A DNA stretch of 64,000 bases from Tubiluchus corallicola (lineage: Eukaryota > Animalia > Priapulida), in assembly GCA_030141605.1 (NCBI GenBank), contig JAQGDQ010000026.1, positions 620,001 to 684,000 of the forward strand, read 5' to 3'. Within the stretch, counting starts at the first letter, position 1. Each line of letters begins with the position of its first letter. Below the pieces are notes generated by a model. It saw only the letters and a program-made list of their open reading frames with translations, made no database searches and was not told the origin of the DNA. Position numbers and translations under genes: made by a program. Shown here piece by piece: positions 28,001-43,000 of the stretch.

Positions 28001-31000
28001 TAATGCTTTCCAGGAAATGCAATATTAAACAAAGGCAAAATTTCCATCGAAAGTAATGTATAAGAATTGAGACACATTGAGACAAGTTCCAGAGGACCTT
28101 CTCAATGCTGCTTAATTCATAGAAATTAAATGTTTTATTAGTTATACTCATATTGTACTGATTAATTTCTTTCTGCTTGCTTGAAACCACCTAAGTTTTT
28201 TACCAATACCCAACTAGTGGTATCTCTTTGTTTATATTTAAGCCCTGCGTAGTTAGTGAATAAACCCTGCATAATAAAAGCCGAGCCCCTGGACAGTTTT
28301 GTCTAAGACACTGGTTGCTATAGTAACAGACTGCAGGTAATATTCTTGTGCATAAAGTTTGCATCCAGGTGCCTAAAGTTTTGTAAATCGCAATTAGATC
28401 TAACTTGATACTAGCTGATACTAGCAGTCAGTCAGAAAGCAAAAAAGTAGAGAATTGTACTGTTTTACGTTACTATGTGCTGTTTTTATGCTTCAAATTA
28501 ACTGTAAAAGTTGCTGCTAAAATAAAAATATTTCTTTGAGCAAACTAAAAAATGATCATTAAAATGAAATGTGCGCCGTAAAGTGAGAAAAAAGTGTCAG
28601 GTATACACTAAGACGAAACGTCGTTAAGCGAGGTCCTACTGTACATACATCATGCTCAAATATCGGTTTTTTTGGAAGATGTTATTTCTTGTAACTTTCA
28701 CTTTTTTACTGCAGGTTTTAGCTAAAGTAACTAGTGTCATACGACCATCTGTTGGTTTATCGGATTTTATGACACAAAACCAATTGCATAAGTTACTCAT
28801 GCTATGTCTGAGTGTGGACTACAATACGACGCAGGAGTCATGGGGAGGACCTTGGACAGGCCACGCTATCATGTGCCTTTTACAAGATGTTCTGCAAGGT
28901 ACTAAGTCTCACAGCGCATGTGCGTGCATTGTGGAACAGATTTTCGCTTCATTTTTCCCTTAACAAATGTTGTGTAACTCGAAATCTGCTAACTCGAATT
29001 ATATCGCAATTCGAGCCAAATTCCCTGTTCAATTCTCTGATTGAATTACGTCGCCTATCTCGAACAGCCTTCCAAGCGAGAAATCTTACAACAGAATGTG
29101 CACCACATTACGTGCTAGTTCCAGCAAAAGTGCTAAGATTTCTTGTATTACCTTGGCAGAACGCTGACCTCAACATGGTTTAACAAACTTGGTTTAATGT
29201 AGATCATAATATAATATTGCCGAATTCTATTAACCATGTTACTCAGGCTACAATAGAGGTGGACCAGTCATTTTAATTTTGATTATTTACAAAAATTGTT
29301 GTTTGATATTTGATTAAAGGCTACGATATTTGATTTACGAGGCGTTCACTATGTGTACACTATGTGTACATAGTATGCACACTATGTATACATAGTTTAC
29401 TGTATGTATATCATAATATATTTGATATTATTTTATTTAGGAGAGAGGAATGCGCCAATAACACTCTTAACCACTAACAAAGCTGCTGCTGCTACAAATG
29501 GAAATGATAGCAGTGCTTCTAGTAATGGTTCAAGTAAAACCACAACAAGTACAAGTATTCAGATTCAAAAAACTACTGATATTGGAGTCAACACAAGTGA
29601 TATAAATGAGAGTAAGTTTCTATTGTTGTTAAAATTAGATTGCCTATTTTTCTTTCATTTTCTCCATTTTTCCTCTATTTTCTCTCTAGAGTAGAATAGC
29701 TTCTCTATTTTTGCCTCTGTCATTATGTAGAGTAAAAAGTAACTTCTGTACAAAGTAATGCAAAAGAAGTGAGCACGTTCCAGAGCCAAAAATTAATGTT
29801 GCTTATTTCATATAAATTAAATGTTTTATGAGTTTTATTCATATTTCTACTGATTTAGATCTTTCTGCTTGCTTGAAATCACATATCTTCCTTATCAGTA
29901 CCTAGCTTGTGGTGTCCCTTTCATTAATGTTGAAGCCCCCTATGCAGTTAGCCATTAAAGGCTGCATAGTAAAAGCTAAGCCCGGGGATGACCTTGGGTC
30001 TATTATATTTAGATACTAGTAGCAACAGATTGCAGGTAGCAGCAACAAAATTCCTTTGCATAAAGTTTTTATCCAGGTGATTGGAGGTGTAAATCATTGC
30101 AAGTAGATCTCGCTTGATACAAATGGCTAGCATTTAGCAGCCAGTCGAGAAGCAAAAAACATAAACAGTTGTTAGAACGTTTTAGAACAGAATAACACAA
30201 TATGTACTGTTTTATGTTGTTGATAAATAAAAATAGCTTTGAGCAAGGTAAAAAAAATCATCGATAAAATGAAGCGTGTCGTTAAGGGAGAAAATGGTGT
30301 CAAATATTCAGCATTGTTAAAATGAAACACTGCTAAGCATGGAGTTATTAAGCAAGCACTTATCATACTTATAACTGCCTTGATTTGTTTTTCCTGATTC
30401 CTCAATAAGTGCTATTTAAAATAATACTGTGTGAAAAACAAAATTAAAAAATCTGTTTTCTAAGTGACTGACTTTTGCATTCAGATGTACAAATGGATAA
30501 GGACTACGTGGCCGGTTTGTCAGTGTTACAAGACATTTTTCTAGGCGAAGACGAACCCGAACCGGAGATGACAAAACACCAATATGGTAAACCTCCGATA
30601 TTTTCCCCGAAGGCTGTTAAGCCTCTTAAAGTTGGTCTTTATTCTCTCGATGATGCTGTTCCACCTCCAAATGTTAGCTTGGCAGATCCATCAGTTACTG
30701 GCAATAATCCTTTAATAATTAATTTCTCTGGAGGTGCTCAAGGAGCTTCTGCTGCTGATAGTGATAAACCAGTTACAATCAATTTACATGAGCAGTCCCA
30801 GGGAACAAGCATCCAAGGAGATAAGGGAGTCACCATTAGCTATGGACCCATGCCTACAGAAGAAAGTCATGACAAATTTTGGCAGAACGTGTGCAGGTAA
30901 TATTCTTAATATTACAACAACATTTTAAGTTGTTAGTACTTAAATGACATGTACGTATCATTAATTAACTTTTTTAACTAACAACGTAGCCAATACTAGA

Positions 31001-34000
31001 ATGGCCTTGACAATCACATAAGTCTTGAAAGGACTGCTTTATTTGTGCTAATTACTTTTTATTATAAAACACACTGTTTGCTAGTAGTAACTAAATGTCT
31101 TGTCAAGCTTCAGTTCTACTGTATGGCAAGTTTAATATTTTTGCAGCACTATTAAAAAGTACATGGTCAAAGGTTCTGGCAAAGCAGGCAGTGGAATTAG
31201 CGAGGTACTGGGTAACATACCATCCCAAGGTATAAGTGTGGCAATGGATGCCAGGCTAGAAAGAGGTTTGTATCAGCATCTGCAGTTTAGAATATTTGTG
31301 AAAATAAAAAACAAATCATAATTGTGCCACTTTTTGCATAAAGTCCTCTCGCTTCTGTTCTTGGTTTAAGCATGTATTTGATTTGTTCAGAAAAAGAACA
31401 AGTTTTGCAATGTTATATATCGCATTTGTTCTCCCAATCAAACAGTCCATTAGGACAGAAAGACCTGCTAGTTTTGAGCCCTCAAGCCTTTTGTTCTTCT
31501 GTAATGTTGTAATTTTCTTCTTTCCACATTAGGAGTTGAGAGTCTGCCTGAGATGAGGTTAAAAACATGGAGTGCACTAGATACAGACCAAGTAATCAAT
31601 GCTTTGTTGAATCCTTTACAACCAATCTCTAGGGAATCTACACCTAGTTCACAGGTAAGAAATACGATAATTAATAATGTGTATTTCTCGTCTTCCACCA
31701 CTGTCATGTAATTGTGAAATAAATGTTTTCAAGACACAATCTTTTTTATATTAATTGTTGATTTTTTTCACAGGACAGTCGATCATCTCCAGACAGGTGT
31801 GTTTCTGATGCACTTTCTCAGCCGACTACTGACAGAAGCTCGGTCAAAATGCTAAGCCAGTGCTTTGATGACTTGTTCACTCAAGGGCTTGGCAGCAAAT
31901 TTGTTGATGTGGATGCATTGCTGAAGCTGTGGTATGTGCTTAGCAACGAAGAGGATAGTTCTCAACCACTTGTCAGTTTGAGCATCCACTCAGTGCACAG
32001 TCTTATGCATGCTCTTGCAAACGAACATAGAACGTCTGTGCAGACATGGTGTTCAGCATTTCAGGTAACTCTCAAAACTTATAACGTGTACATGCAAAAT
32101 AGATAAATACTCAAAACGCACAGTAATTTGAAATACTATATTTTATCATGTATTTCTAGTTTGTAATCATGTGTAAATGTTTCACAGTATATGTTAAATG
32201 TGTTACAAGAGCTACAGTTAGCATATTTTTAAATTTGTCAGCAGCAAAAATATTGCCTGCTTACGCATTTATGTGCGTAGTTATTATTATGAATAATTAT
32301 TGTGATGAAGCTTTTTGATTTAAAGTTGAAATAGCTGCACATCCATTGTCAAAAGTAAATGTGCTTCATTCATAATTTTGTCGTCGTAGTCCATACTTCA
32401 GCTTATGCTTTTATATCTCTTTGGCTTTTTATAACATAATTTTGGAACTGTGATGCTTATCTGTTCGATTTTTTTTTGCTTTAATTCTGTCAGTATTTTT
32501 GTCCATAGTTTTAAACTTGCAATCAGTATTGACAAATGCCGAAGGAAAATATTTTTAAATAAATTAAGTAATATACTTGCCTTTGAAGAGTTGACATATG
32601 AGACATCCAGGTGTGACTGATGTCCCAAAAGGACATACAGATAGTGATGCATTTTACTAACACATGCACGTATCACTAGGAATCCATCAAATTGTCTTGC
32701 GTACTACATTAGATATGGTTTCCAACAAATGAAAATATACACTGCTTTCAGGTTGGTAAAATGGTAAAAAATTGCTTAACTTTTTGATATTTTTGCTTTG
32801 TTGTCCTGTATTACATTAGGATGTAAAATGCACTTTATAATGTTAGGTGTTGACTTTGCTCACCTCGCAGAAGGTAGAAGAGCCTGCTCAAGCTGCATGT
32901 GCGACAACAGGTCAAACAACAACATCAAGACTGGCTTCAGTAATAGTAGCCGATGAGAACTTTACGCCACTACTTCTGCAGTTTCTTACTCAAACACGGT
33001 TCACTGATCCATTATTAGAGAACCAGGCATGTTAACAATACTGATTAGACTAACTAATTAAAATTTAGTGCATTAGTATTGTTATATATGATTAAATGTT
33101 TTAAATCTAATAATAATTGTTACAACAATGTCAGCTATTTAATAGTAGGTTTTAATATCACATTTATCAGTTGAATGTACTATACGTGTGGTGTATTTCC
33201 TTTTTTTTTGCTTTACTAGCTTACAAAGCAGAGAGCGACTCAGGTGCTAGTTGGCTATTCATTATGATTTGTTTTAGGTTGGACCAACTGCTACACAAAA
33301 TATGCACGAATTTCTCACTAAGATTGGTGTTGTTTGTGGCATCAGTGGTAACCGAGAAGCTAGATTAGTTGGAGAAAAACTTCTTAAAATTGTCTGGACA
33401 CTTGTTTCTGCCAGGTACGTAGTTTATTGCTAAATATTTTGTTTCTAAACATTTTATTGCCCATTGACACATTCTGATAATGTTGTGCTATGTCTGCATG
33501 ATTGTGTGATTACCTTTGAGATACTTTTGCAAGCCAGTCAATAAAGTTTGTGTAACGAGTGATAATTGTCATTAAGCAATTACCATACAATAATATATTA
33601 ATTTTTTGTGTGAATTTTAGAGGTGCCATTACTCACGGTCTCGGTCCTTTAGATGCTCAGTGCAAGTTTATGGAATGTATCTTGGACCAAGCATTTGAGA
33701 AAGTTGATGCCATTTGTGCAGTTGAAATTATACATGCAGTGTCTTCGTTGGTCAGCAATTATTTACACGACACTGAGAAAGTAACGTGTAGAAGTTCGTT
33801 AGACAACACGGTAAATGCTGCCACGTGTTTTGGAGGGCTGTTTGCAAATGTTCTGCGACCGGGAGACTCCATGGCTACAAGTGGAGAGTGGAACCGGGAC
33901 ATGCTCACATGCAGTCTGTTAAAGCTGTGCAACATCTTACTACAAGTTCCAACTGCTGCATTTACGCAGTCTGAATCAAGTTTATGGACACAACTCTGTA

Positions 34001-37000
34001 CAAATACCAATACAGACTGGATAGACCCATCACTGTTTAAGCTGCGAAGCACTTTCAGTGCTCCAGCAATTAAAAACCCTGATGAGGACATGTCTGAAAC
34101 AACTAAGACTGACAAGTCTGAGAGTAAACCAGTCGGCAGCAACTGTCCTAACCACGGTGTAATTCATCACTACAGGACATTATCTGACACTGTAGTCTGT
34201 CATCGACCATCTATGTATTATTTGCTGAGTGCTTTGAGTATGTGTAACAGCAGCACAATGGCACAAATGGTGAATAGCAACATTGGAATGACGGGAATTC
34301 AAACAAAGCTTACGATGACTGATCCTATATCCGTCGGTGATTACGTGTTTCAGTTATTGTCCACTCTCAATAAAAAAGTTGAGGATGTCAATATTCTTTT
34401 AAAGGTTCTGTACTTGTTTCTTTCTTGTCAATTACTAGCAAGTGCTCGAAATGGCTTGTGTCACTTCTCGGAACCTCTTTTATGCTTTGTCACCAAAGTT
34501 TTGGACTGCGATAAGACATTGAAACGTTTCACTGAATTAGGAGGTGTGGAGATTATTTGCAAGAATTTGGTGAAGAGTAATCGCCAGATGGTTGGGATTA
34601 GACCAAGTATTGTCTCTGCTATGATGCAATGTTTGCACGGAAGAATGCTAGCTGCTCCTAGTCAGAACAAACGCAGTGGAACAGAGACTGATGTTAATAA
34701 TGCAGGTCTAGTTAATTTCGCTCCTCTTGGTAAGTTCTGCATAACAATTTAAATCATATGTAGTTCTTCTAATACTTTCCATTTTATTGTAATAAAAAAA
34801 CTTTGAATGCCCTTGTAGTCTCAAAAGAATAATTTTTATTTCTTGTGGAAACTTTCACCCTAACGGGCTTCATCAGTTGAAACCTCATTTAAAATGTGGA
34901 AAACAGTATATACCAGCATCAAACAAGGATATTAAAATCAAAAATAGTAGCTGAACATCTTTGATTTAGGATACAGTAGGTTGAAGAAAGAGTAAAATGA
35001 CTGCGTAGGACGAAAAACAAGCACTATACGATTTTTTTTGTGAAATAAATGCTGCGTTAAAGAAAGTAAAAAGAATAGAAACAAACTGCCATACCTGCAT
35101 AGACTATGCTGCTGGGTGATGTTTACAAAATTTGTTGGTTTATAAAGACTAAGCAAACATAAGTGCCTGTTACTATGAGCTATGAGATACTATGAGGTAT
35201 TTCAGCTGACGAAACCTGGTAGGTTGAAAGCTTCTGTAAAAAATAGAAAATAATTTTTAAGACTACAAGGGCATTCATTAATTTTTTTATTCATTTTAAG
35301 ACAATTGAATGCAGCGTGCTGATAACCATGCAAGTTAGAATAACGTTGTCACCCAGAAATATGCACACTGATTTTTTTGCAGTTATAGAAAATGATTTTT
35401 TGTAAAATGAGTTATTTGCACCAGGTACAATAACCTCAAACAGCCCCACATCTCAACCAGCAGATGTGTTAATTCAGACAGCTCCGCCTCATAGACGTGC
35501 CCGGTCAGCTGCTTGGTCATATCATTTCTACCCTGATGAGGCCTGGGTGGACTTGACCATCACTCTTCCGTGCCCTGTGCTGCTGAAAGAGGTGCAGATT
35601 CAGCCACATTTGACTTCTCTTGCTAGTAAGTAACAATTAATGGGATTTGCTTTACTATTACATTCGTTTATGTTTTGTTACTATGTACGTTAAGCTACTT
35701 AACTAAAATATCTGCAATAAATGCAAAATTACTTAAAACACTAGCAATACCAGTATTGTAATACATTTATGTTACGAATGATGCAACTTTCATTTCTACC
35801 TATAGGAAGATATAAGTTGTAGTCAGTGTACTGTTATTTTATACAGTTCCGCTATATAGATTCCCCAAAACTTTGTATTGTACATAATATGCATATATAT
35901 GCTGTGTACAGTGTACACAATGCTTAAACTATTTATTGCTATTTCAAAACTTATTTTCTACACTTAGTAGCTACTAATAAGTAAAAAAGTCATTTGTCAT
36001 TAGCATTTTTGTATTTTACATTTTACATTTTAGTCAAATCTGTACTTTGCTATTTACTGTTAAGAATATACGTTTAGTGTCATTCAAGCCTTGCATTATA
36101 AAAAGTGCATTCCAGATTGGTTATATTACTTTTATAAAGCACAGAGAGGTGGGTAGGGTTTGCTAAAATTTGTAGCAGCTTGGTGGAATACTAGTGTCTT
36201 GTCAGACCTACTGCATACACTTTCTGCTTTTGATTTGATTTGAAGTGTTACAACTGTGATTATATCCCCATCTAATTGAATTGCACAGCCACACATTTTG
36301 CTATATTTTTGCTGCAATTTTTGATTCTCGTCACAGTTTTTTTTTATTATTATTATTTCCTCTTTCAGTTTCAATTTTTTATAACATGTTTCTCTTGTTG
36401 TTTAGCTTGTCCGTCTGCCGTATGTCTTGAAGTATGTTGCGAAGGAACGTCTGTGTTGCCGCTCTCTCAACCACTGTCTACATGTAGCCTCACGTTCATC
36501 AAACTGCAGCTCAGTAAACCGCAGATAGCAACATCAGTGTGTGTTCATCTCCGCAAGCCCAGAGATTCTCCCACTGTAGGCTTGTCACAAATACTTCTTC
36601 TTGGATACAGTGCATTCAGCGACGTTCCTGCAAAAAACGCACCAGGAATTTTACCTTCTGTCTACCAAGAAGGCTCAGCATACAAATCCAGGTATGTGTT
36701 AGCTGAATTTTATATCTGCTCTTCACGAGCTTATTGTCCATTATGTTATGTGGATTTTGTAATTTTTCTAATTCCTTTGTATAATAGTTGTAATTCAATT
36801 TTAAGTGTATGCCTCTATTGCCTTACTAAATTTTAATGTAAATATGATTTTAAGTTTATATTCACCATGTATATAACATTCTTAGCAATAAAGAATATTA
36901 ATAATAATAAAGAAAATTATTAGCAACTCCTGAAAGTTAGGGATGAGTAATACATTTATTAAAACTTAATATTAATTGCAGCTTTTCTGTTTTGAGGATT

Positions 37001-40000
37001 ATTAGGATAAGTAAATTCAATATTACTATATTGTTTACTGATTTTTTGCTACTTTGATCTAAAAGGTATTACTGTTAACAAATATAGCTTGCTAACAGCT
37101 GGTGTTGCACATAGCAGCTAAAATATGTTTCCCCAAACTAAGAGCAACTTCTACTTGCTTGATGTGCTACATTTTTTTAAATTTGCCTTTTAATGAAGTT
37201 TGCTCTGATTTTATTATTATTACTTGCTTTTGTTGTTAAAAATCTTTCAAAGCAATATTTTTGAAAATGTGTTCAATTCTGTTTCTTACACATTTGAACT
37301 TTTTGGAAGTAGTAACGGGAATTTTAATTTCTCAATACCAGGATTTTGACGCTCCTAAATACTAAATGTACTCATTGTTTTTAGTATGGCATGGCTGCGA
37401 CTGCTTCATCATACCTTAACAATGACTCCAAGCCTAGAGAAGGAGATTTCTTGTTCAGCAGCTCTCACGCCTCGGTTGCTTGAGACGTGTACGGCTTTGC
37501 TCATGTCTCCATCAGGTCTGCCATACATGGCTCATATAGAGACTGTTCTACTTAAAATGGGATTGCATTCACAGTTTGGGCTCACTCTTATTGACAGCTT
37601 GCTGAATACCAGCCTTGACACAATTGCTTATAATGGTATGTTTTTAGTGTTGATGTCTGAGCTGATTGTCAAATTTGTTGGTTTTAAAATGATGTTAAGA
37701 CATATTTTGAGATAACTGATTTTTGTAATTGCATTTTTTATTTTGCATATCTTCCATACAGATTCCACATTATCATGCTTTTTCTGTTTTTTTAGTTTGT
37801 GAAACTGGAGACCAAAGTGTAACAACAGAGTACATTGTTGCAATTCTATACCAGCTTTGCATGGCTCAGGACAATTTTTCTGGGTCAAGGTATGAAGGCG
37901 TTTTGCATTTATTTTTCACTAGCAATATGTTGCAAAGATATCCATCATACTTTCAATTCACTCATATGTAAGCAAAAAATGATATTTGAAAATGGTATAT
38001 TTGTTAATTAGTAAAAATTAGCTTTTCGTTGAGGTGGTGGTTCTTACTATAGTGTTAAAATGAAGCTGTCTTGGAATTGATTGTGTAAATTCGATAGCAT
38101 TTTGATTACTACATGTGTTTCTCTACCATACAGTACAGTAACATCTTACGTTTACTTCACTTTTTTTACTTTTACTATTTTCTGATATAAGAGTATTTTC
38201 CAACATTTTCAGGTGAATGCAAATTTTCATACATTCATTTGTGATTTATATAGTTCATGGTTCATTAGTATGTATATATTTATATAAACATGTCAATGAC
38301 TGTTTTGAATTTTATCTTCCTAATTTTTCTTTGCGCTGTAGAATTCAGGAATTAACTAACTGGTTGCTAAGACTATCGCGCACCGTCTTGCAACAAGGGG
38401 CATCTTCACATATTGATCAACGACTGACTGGCGTATTTGTGCATTGCATATCCTGCATTTTGTGGGGAAGCCATGAAAGAGCAATCACTTACAGTTTGCC
38501 GGCACTAATAACTCATGAACTTTTCTGGTGAGTATTTTAACTAAGTTTAATTAAGGTTTCTACACATTTTTACATGACAAAGTCTTGCTCTGCTGACGTT
38601 TGCATACAGTTTTATTGAACAGTTGAAACGGTTATTGCACTGTGCCTCTTGGCATTACATTAGTTTTCATGGGACCTTAGAAATGCAATAAAAAATTGTT
38701 GCTTGTAGTAAAACTAGTCACAAAAGTGTTAGCATTATAATTTTTTTGTATTATGAGAATACCAAACAACAACACAATATGTAATATGACAAGATACAAC
38801 AGAAATCATTCTAAATAGTTTATATGGAAAAAGCTGTCAAACTTTTAGAAACCTGAATCACTGTTGTAGTTATGTCAGACCCAGGTAATGTCAGACTGTT
38901 TTATAATTATTCATAAACTAATACGCGATTACTACTGGTATTTCTCGGTTTGCCAGGGAGATGTCAGTCCGAATTTGTCGATGGTCCCTATTTACTGATA
39001 CTAAGTTCATACAGTAGGCACAGTGTATTAGACTCACGGTAATGTAGAATAAATTGCCTAATTGTCTCAAAAATGTCTAGCACGGGCCGCTCCTGTTGTT
39101 ACGAGCTACTTGGTTGCACTGATGTAATGATGTAAACAACATGACAGCCCGCCAACTGGGAGACAGGTCGCGAAATGACGGACTGTGTGCGTAGAATGCA
39201 AAACTTTTAACGGTTCCAGATTTTGTCAGATTTTTCCGATATCCATAAAAGCGAGGTCTGGCAAAGGGAGATATGAGTGTATTTAGTTATAGTGCAGTTT
39301 TCGATATATAAATTTACAGCATTTATCACACATGCCTATTCCTCATTATTGTTAGACTTAGTTTGGTATATTTGACTGAAATTTCATGTTTTTCATTTAT
39401 GTTATTTATTGTTTGAATTTTTGTTATTAACAATCATGCCAGAGTTTTAGTACGATATCAGTTTCTTAGTTATTTTCAGATTATGGTGTCATTTTGGTCA
39501 TACTAGATGGTACATCTGATTTGTTTGCTTAAATCCTGTAGTGAATGTAGTTTTGTATGCTTATTTAGGCACATGTATCAGTGGTCAGTTTCTTTGCCAC
39601 AAGCTTCAGCATTAAAAACGGGCTTAGACTTCCTTCTATGTACGATATGCCACATCCATCCTGGTTACTTCAGCGTCTTGCTGCAATGGCTTGGTATTTT
39701 GTTTGAGCAACAGGATTTTGGTACTGATTCTGAGAACAGCTGGCGTAAAGCGAGTAAAATTCACAGAAAGTCGTCAACCATCAGTGCCACTGAACAATCT
39801 CATGATGTTGTTGTGGTTCCTAGTGAGCAGCAAGAACAGTTTTTGAATGGGTTATACACTGAATCAGAGGGCACTAAAACAGTAAGTCGTGACAATCTGA
39901 AGCCAACAAGGCCGGAAAGCGCCATTGAACACAAAAGTTTCTTTTCCACTCTGCCTAGTTATAGTCGAGAGGCAAGCATATGGAGTCCGGATAATCTTCT

Positions 40001-43000
40001 ACTGAATGATTTACCTAAGATGAAACTAAGCGAGTCTGTGCTGCTGACACTTTCAGTAGTGGCACAGTCTCACGAAGCTCTAGAGCAGATACTCGGAACA
40101 GGATTTCCTTCTGTCATTACCCAAGCTTTGTTGGAATTCTGTCAGTCTGAGCTGAGTTCATCTGCAGAAACACCAGGTTTTTACTTTTCTTTTATAAATA
40201 AAACATTTTATGAATAATACTGCTAATAAATAAGCAATAAAGGACATCAATTCGCTTTTGTAATTATATTATGAATTAAATATTTCTTAGATTTTTTTCT
40301 TTTAAATTGTTATTATTTGTTTTCAGAATGTATGATTTCCCCTGCACTTGTTGCTCCACTTTTAACTTTTTTGGCTGAACTGGCCCAAGGTGGCATCATG
40401 AAGAATTGGCTAGGCGGTCCTGAGGGAAACATTTTTTGGCCTGTTTTGCTTAACATGTTGTGTCGGCACTCTGCTGGCAGTTCTACTGCTCATAAGGTAA
40501 AGATTGTCACAATATTTCTTGTTTAAGAAATCACGTAATTAGGAGCAAAATATAATATCTTTTTACAAAGATTTTGTTTAGTTGAAGGTACTTTATTTCT
40601 TGCTTGTGCTCATTTTTGAACTGATTAAAATAAAAGCGACAGGTTTTGTCGCGAAGGTTTTGTCAAACCTTTTTCAGGATGTACTAAAAATGGGTTTTTA
40701 ATAACATTTTCAGAAATTTACTTTGGCTATTGTTACGTTATCATGTTTTTTATTTGTTTGTTTCTTTTTTTGCAGCATTCACAGCTGACAATTCAGCAGA
40801 GTGCTGCTATAGAGACGGCTACTATCAAATTACTGGCTCGTTGTATTGTCTGTCATACAGCGAATCAGTACCTTCTTGCAGAGGTTCTTTGTGATGTCTT
40901 GAGAAAGCATATTGACCTTGGTGAGTGTGCGACCTATCTAATAACCTTGGGTGAAAATTTTTGGGCATTTGTAGACTATGTAGACTAAGATACATGCATT
41001 TCAGAGAAGGAAAAGGAGAGTACGTCTATTGCGAGATGCTACCAGTGTATCACTACTGATTGATACGCTCTACGATTGATAATCAAGTACACTCTATTTG
41101 ATACGTTTAACAGAGTGCATTTGACTTGTAATGATGAACAAATTATTATAACTGTATCATCTCAAGTGACGAAATATTTTTTCCTGTGTTCTTTAATCTT
41201 TCAGTATAATTTTAAGATTTATCATTAATTTTAGAATCAACACACATGCACCCATGCACACACCCTTATTAAAATTTTGAAACTGCCTTGGTCAAACTAC
41301 TGAAGAAAGGAAATGTGGAAAATTTGTAATAAAACTTGGAATTAAAACATTGGGCCTCTAGTCAAATGACTTGTAACTTGTGGTTCATTAGTTTAAATCC
41401 AGGCCCATTTTATATTTTCTCTTGTTTTCTCTCTCCTAACCAAGTTTTAATTTCAATAACTTAACGAGTGCAAGTTCATTAATTTTGCATTTGAAATGTT
41501 AGAGTGCAAGTTCATTAATTTTACAGTTGAGATGTTAAGTGTTAATCCTCACTTATTATTATAGCTGGCAACAAAATGCCGATTACTGGCTTCACTCGAC
41601 GTCTGTTGCTGCAACTCTTACTGGAGGATGAAAAAATTCTCACCCATATCAAGTCTGATGTTCCTCTTCATCACATGCCTGCTGCGGGATCGTCTGCTTT
41701 ATTCAAACATCCCATGTTTCACTGCGGCCATTATTACAGAACCATGCAGCTTAGTCTTCAGACTACATGTGGTGAACTCACAGGCAAAATTCTTGGTAAG
41801 TAAGGAATCAAGTTTTTATTTTGATACAGTAGGTGCCGCTTAATAGACTCACTTTAGGACCGACGTGTTTTGACCCAATTAACCGTCTGAACCTATTAAC
41901 CGATGGGTGTAGTATTACAGGTATAGAAGTATGAGTCATCAGCTTACTATGCACTTGCAAAGGTTTTTAATGAATTTTAGAAACGAAGTAATGCCTAACT
42001 TCCTTTGTGCCGTTAAAAATTAGAAAAATATTTTAAAATATTAATTTATATAAGCGAATTAACAATAAATTAAAAAGTATAATTTTCTAAATCACAGACT
42101 TTTCTAAGTCTGTTTAATTGCAAAAATTCCTACAAAGTTGGCTGTTTCATTTTCTCACGACGAAGTTGGCCCACAAAGTTCTCGTAATTATAAAAACTTT
42201 GAAAATCTGTTGTTGTGCATGACTAAAACAGTTCTGAGTCGTCTGCTCACTTACATTGCTCTTATTTGCTGTACAATGTTTACTCTTACAAAAGTAAAGA
42301 ATGTCACAAGGAATGCCGGCTGATTACTGTATCAGCATCTTTGACTGTTAACTCATTAAGCCTGACAGCATGATTTGCAACAAGAGCTTCAAAAAGGAAA
42401 CTGCTAGGCAAATGATTAAATGTTTAGGTTCCAGAAATTCTTTGGGTAACAGTAGGCGAGCGGGTAACAGATTCACGTATTATTACGTTAATACGCTAAT
42501 AACGTATTAGCGCATGATAAACGTACCTACTTGCAAACAAAACAAACAAACATGATTGTTTCTGCGTACATAGTGCACAAAAGGGAAGTAAAGATGACAT
42601 AAAAGTAGGGTGACATACAAATATCTTATTTTAAGTAGATGGAGGAAAAATATTGAGTCAATTATGCAGAGTTATTTGAGTCAGTTACTGATAGTTTTTA
42701 TGTATATTTGAATAGAAGTGGCCCGTTCCAGGCGTTTTTGAGTCTATTAAGTCTGTTAACCATGAGTCTATTAAGCGGCGCCTACTGTAGTATGAAAAGT
42801 CTTTGTAGGCTAGTTTGATTTCTACAGATTTTGCTCTTGAGTTGTTCGGTTTACAAGTAATACACAATTTGCTGGAATAAAACGCTGTTGTTCAGTTTTT
42901 TCAATGTACAGCAGAATTATGTATACCCTGAAATTTATTTAATAGCTTTGTATTTATGTTAATCATAAAGAACTAGTAGTTGATAAATAAAATTTTTATC

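Noticed and set aside
41350-41410. tRNA-like fragments here and at ~45400-45485
   Set aside because: No complete cloverleaf; at most decayed tRNA-derived SINE heads.
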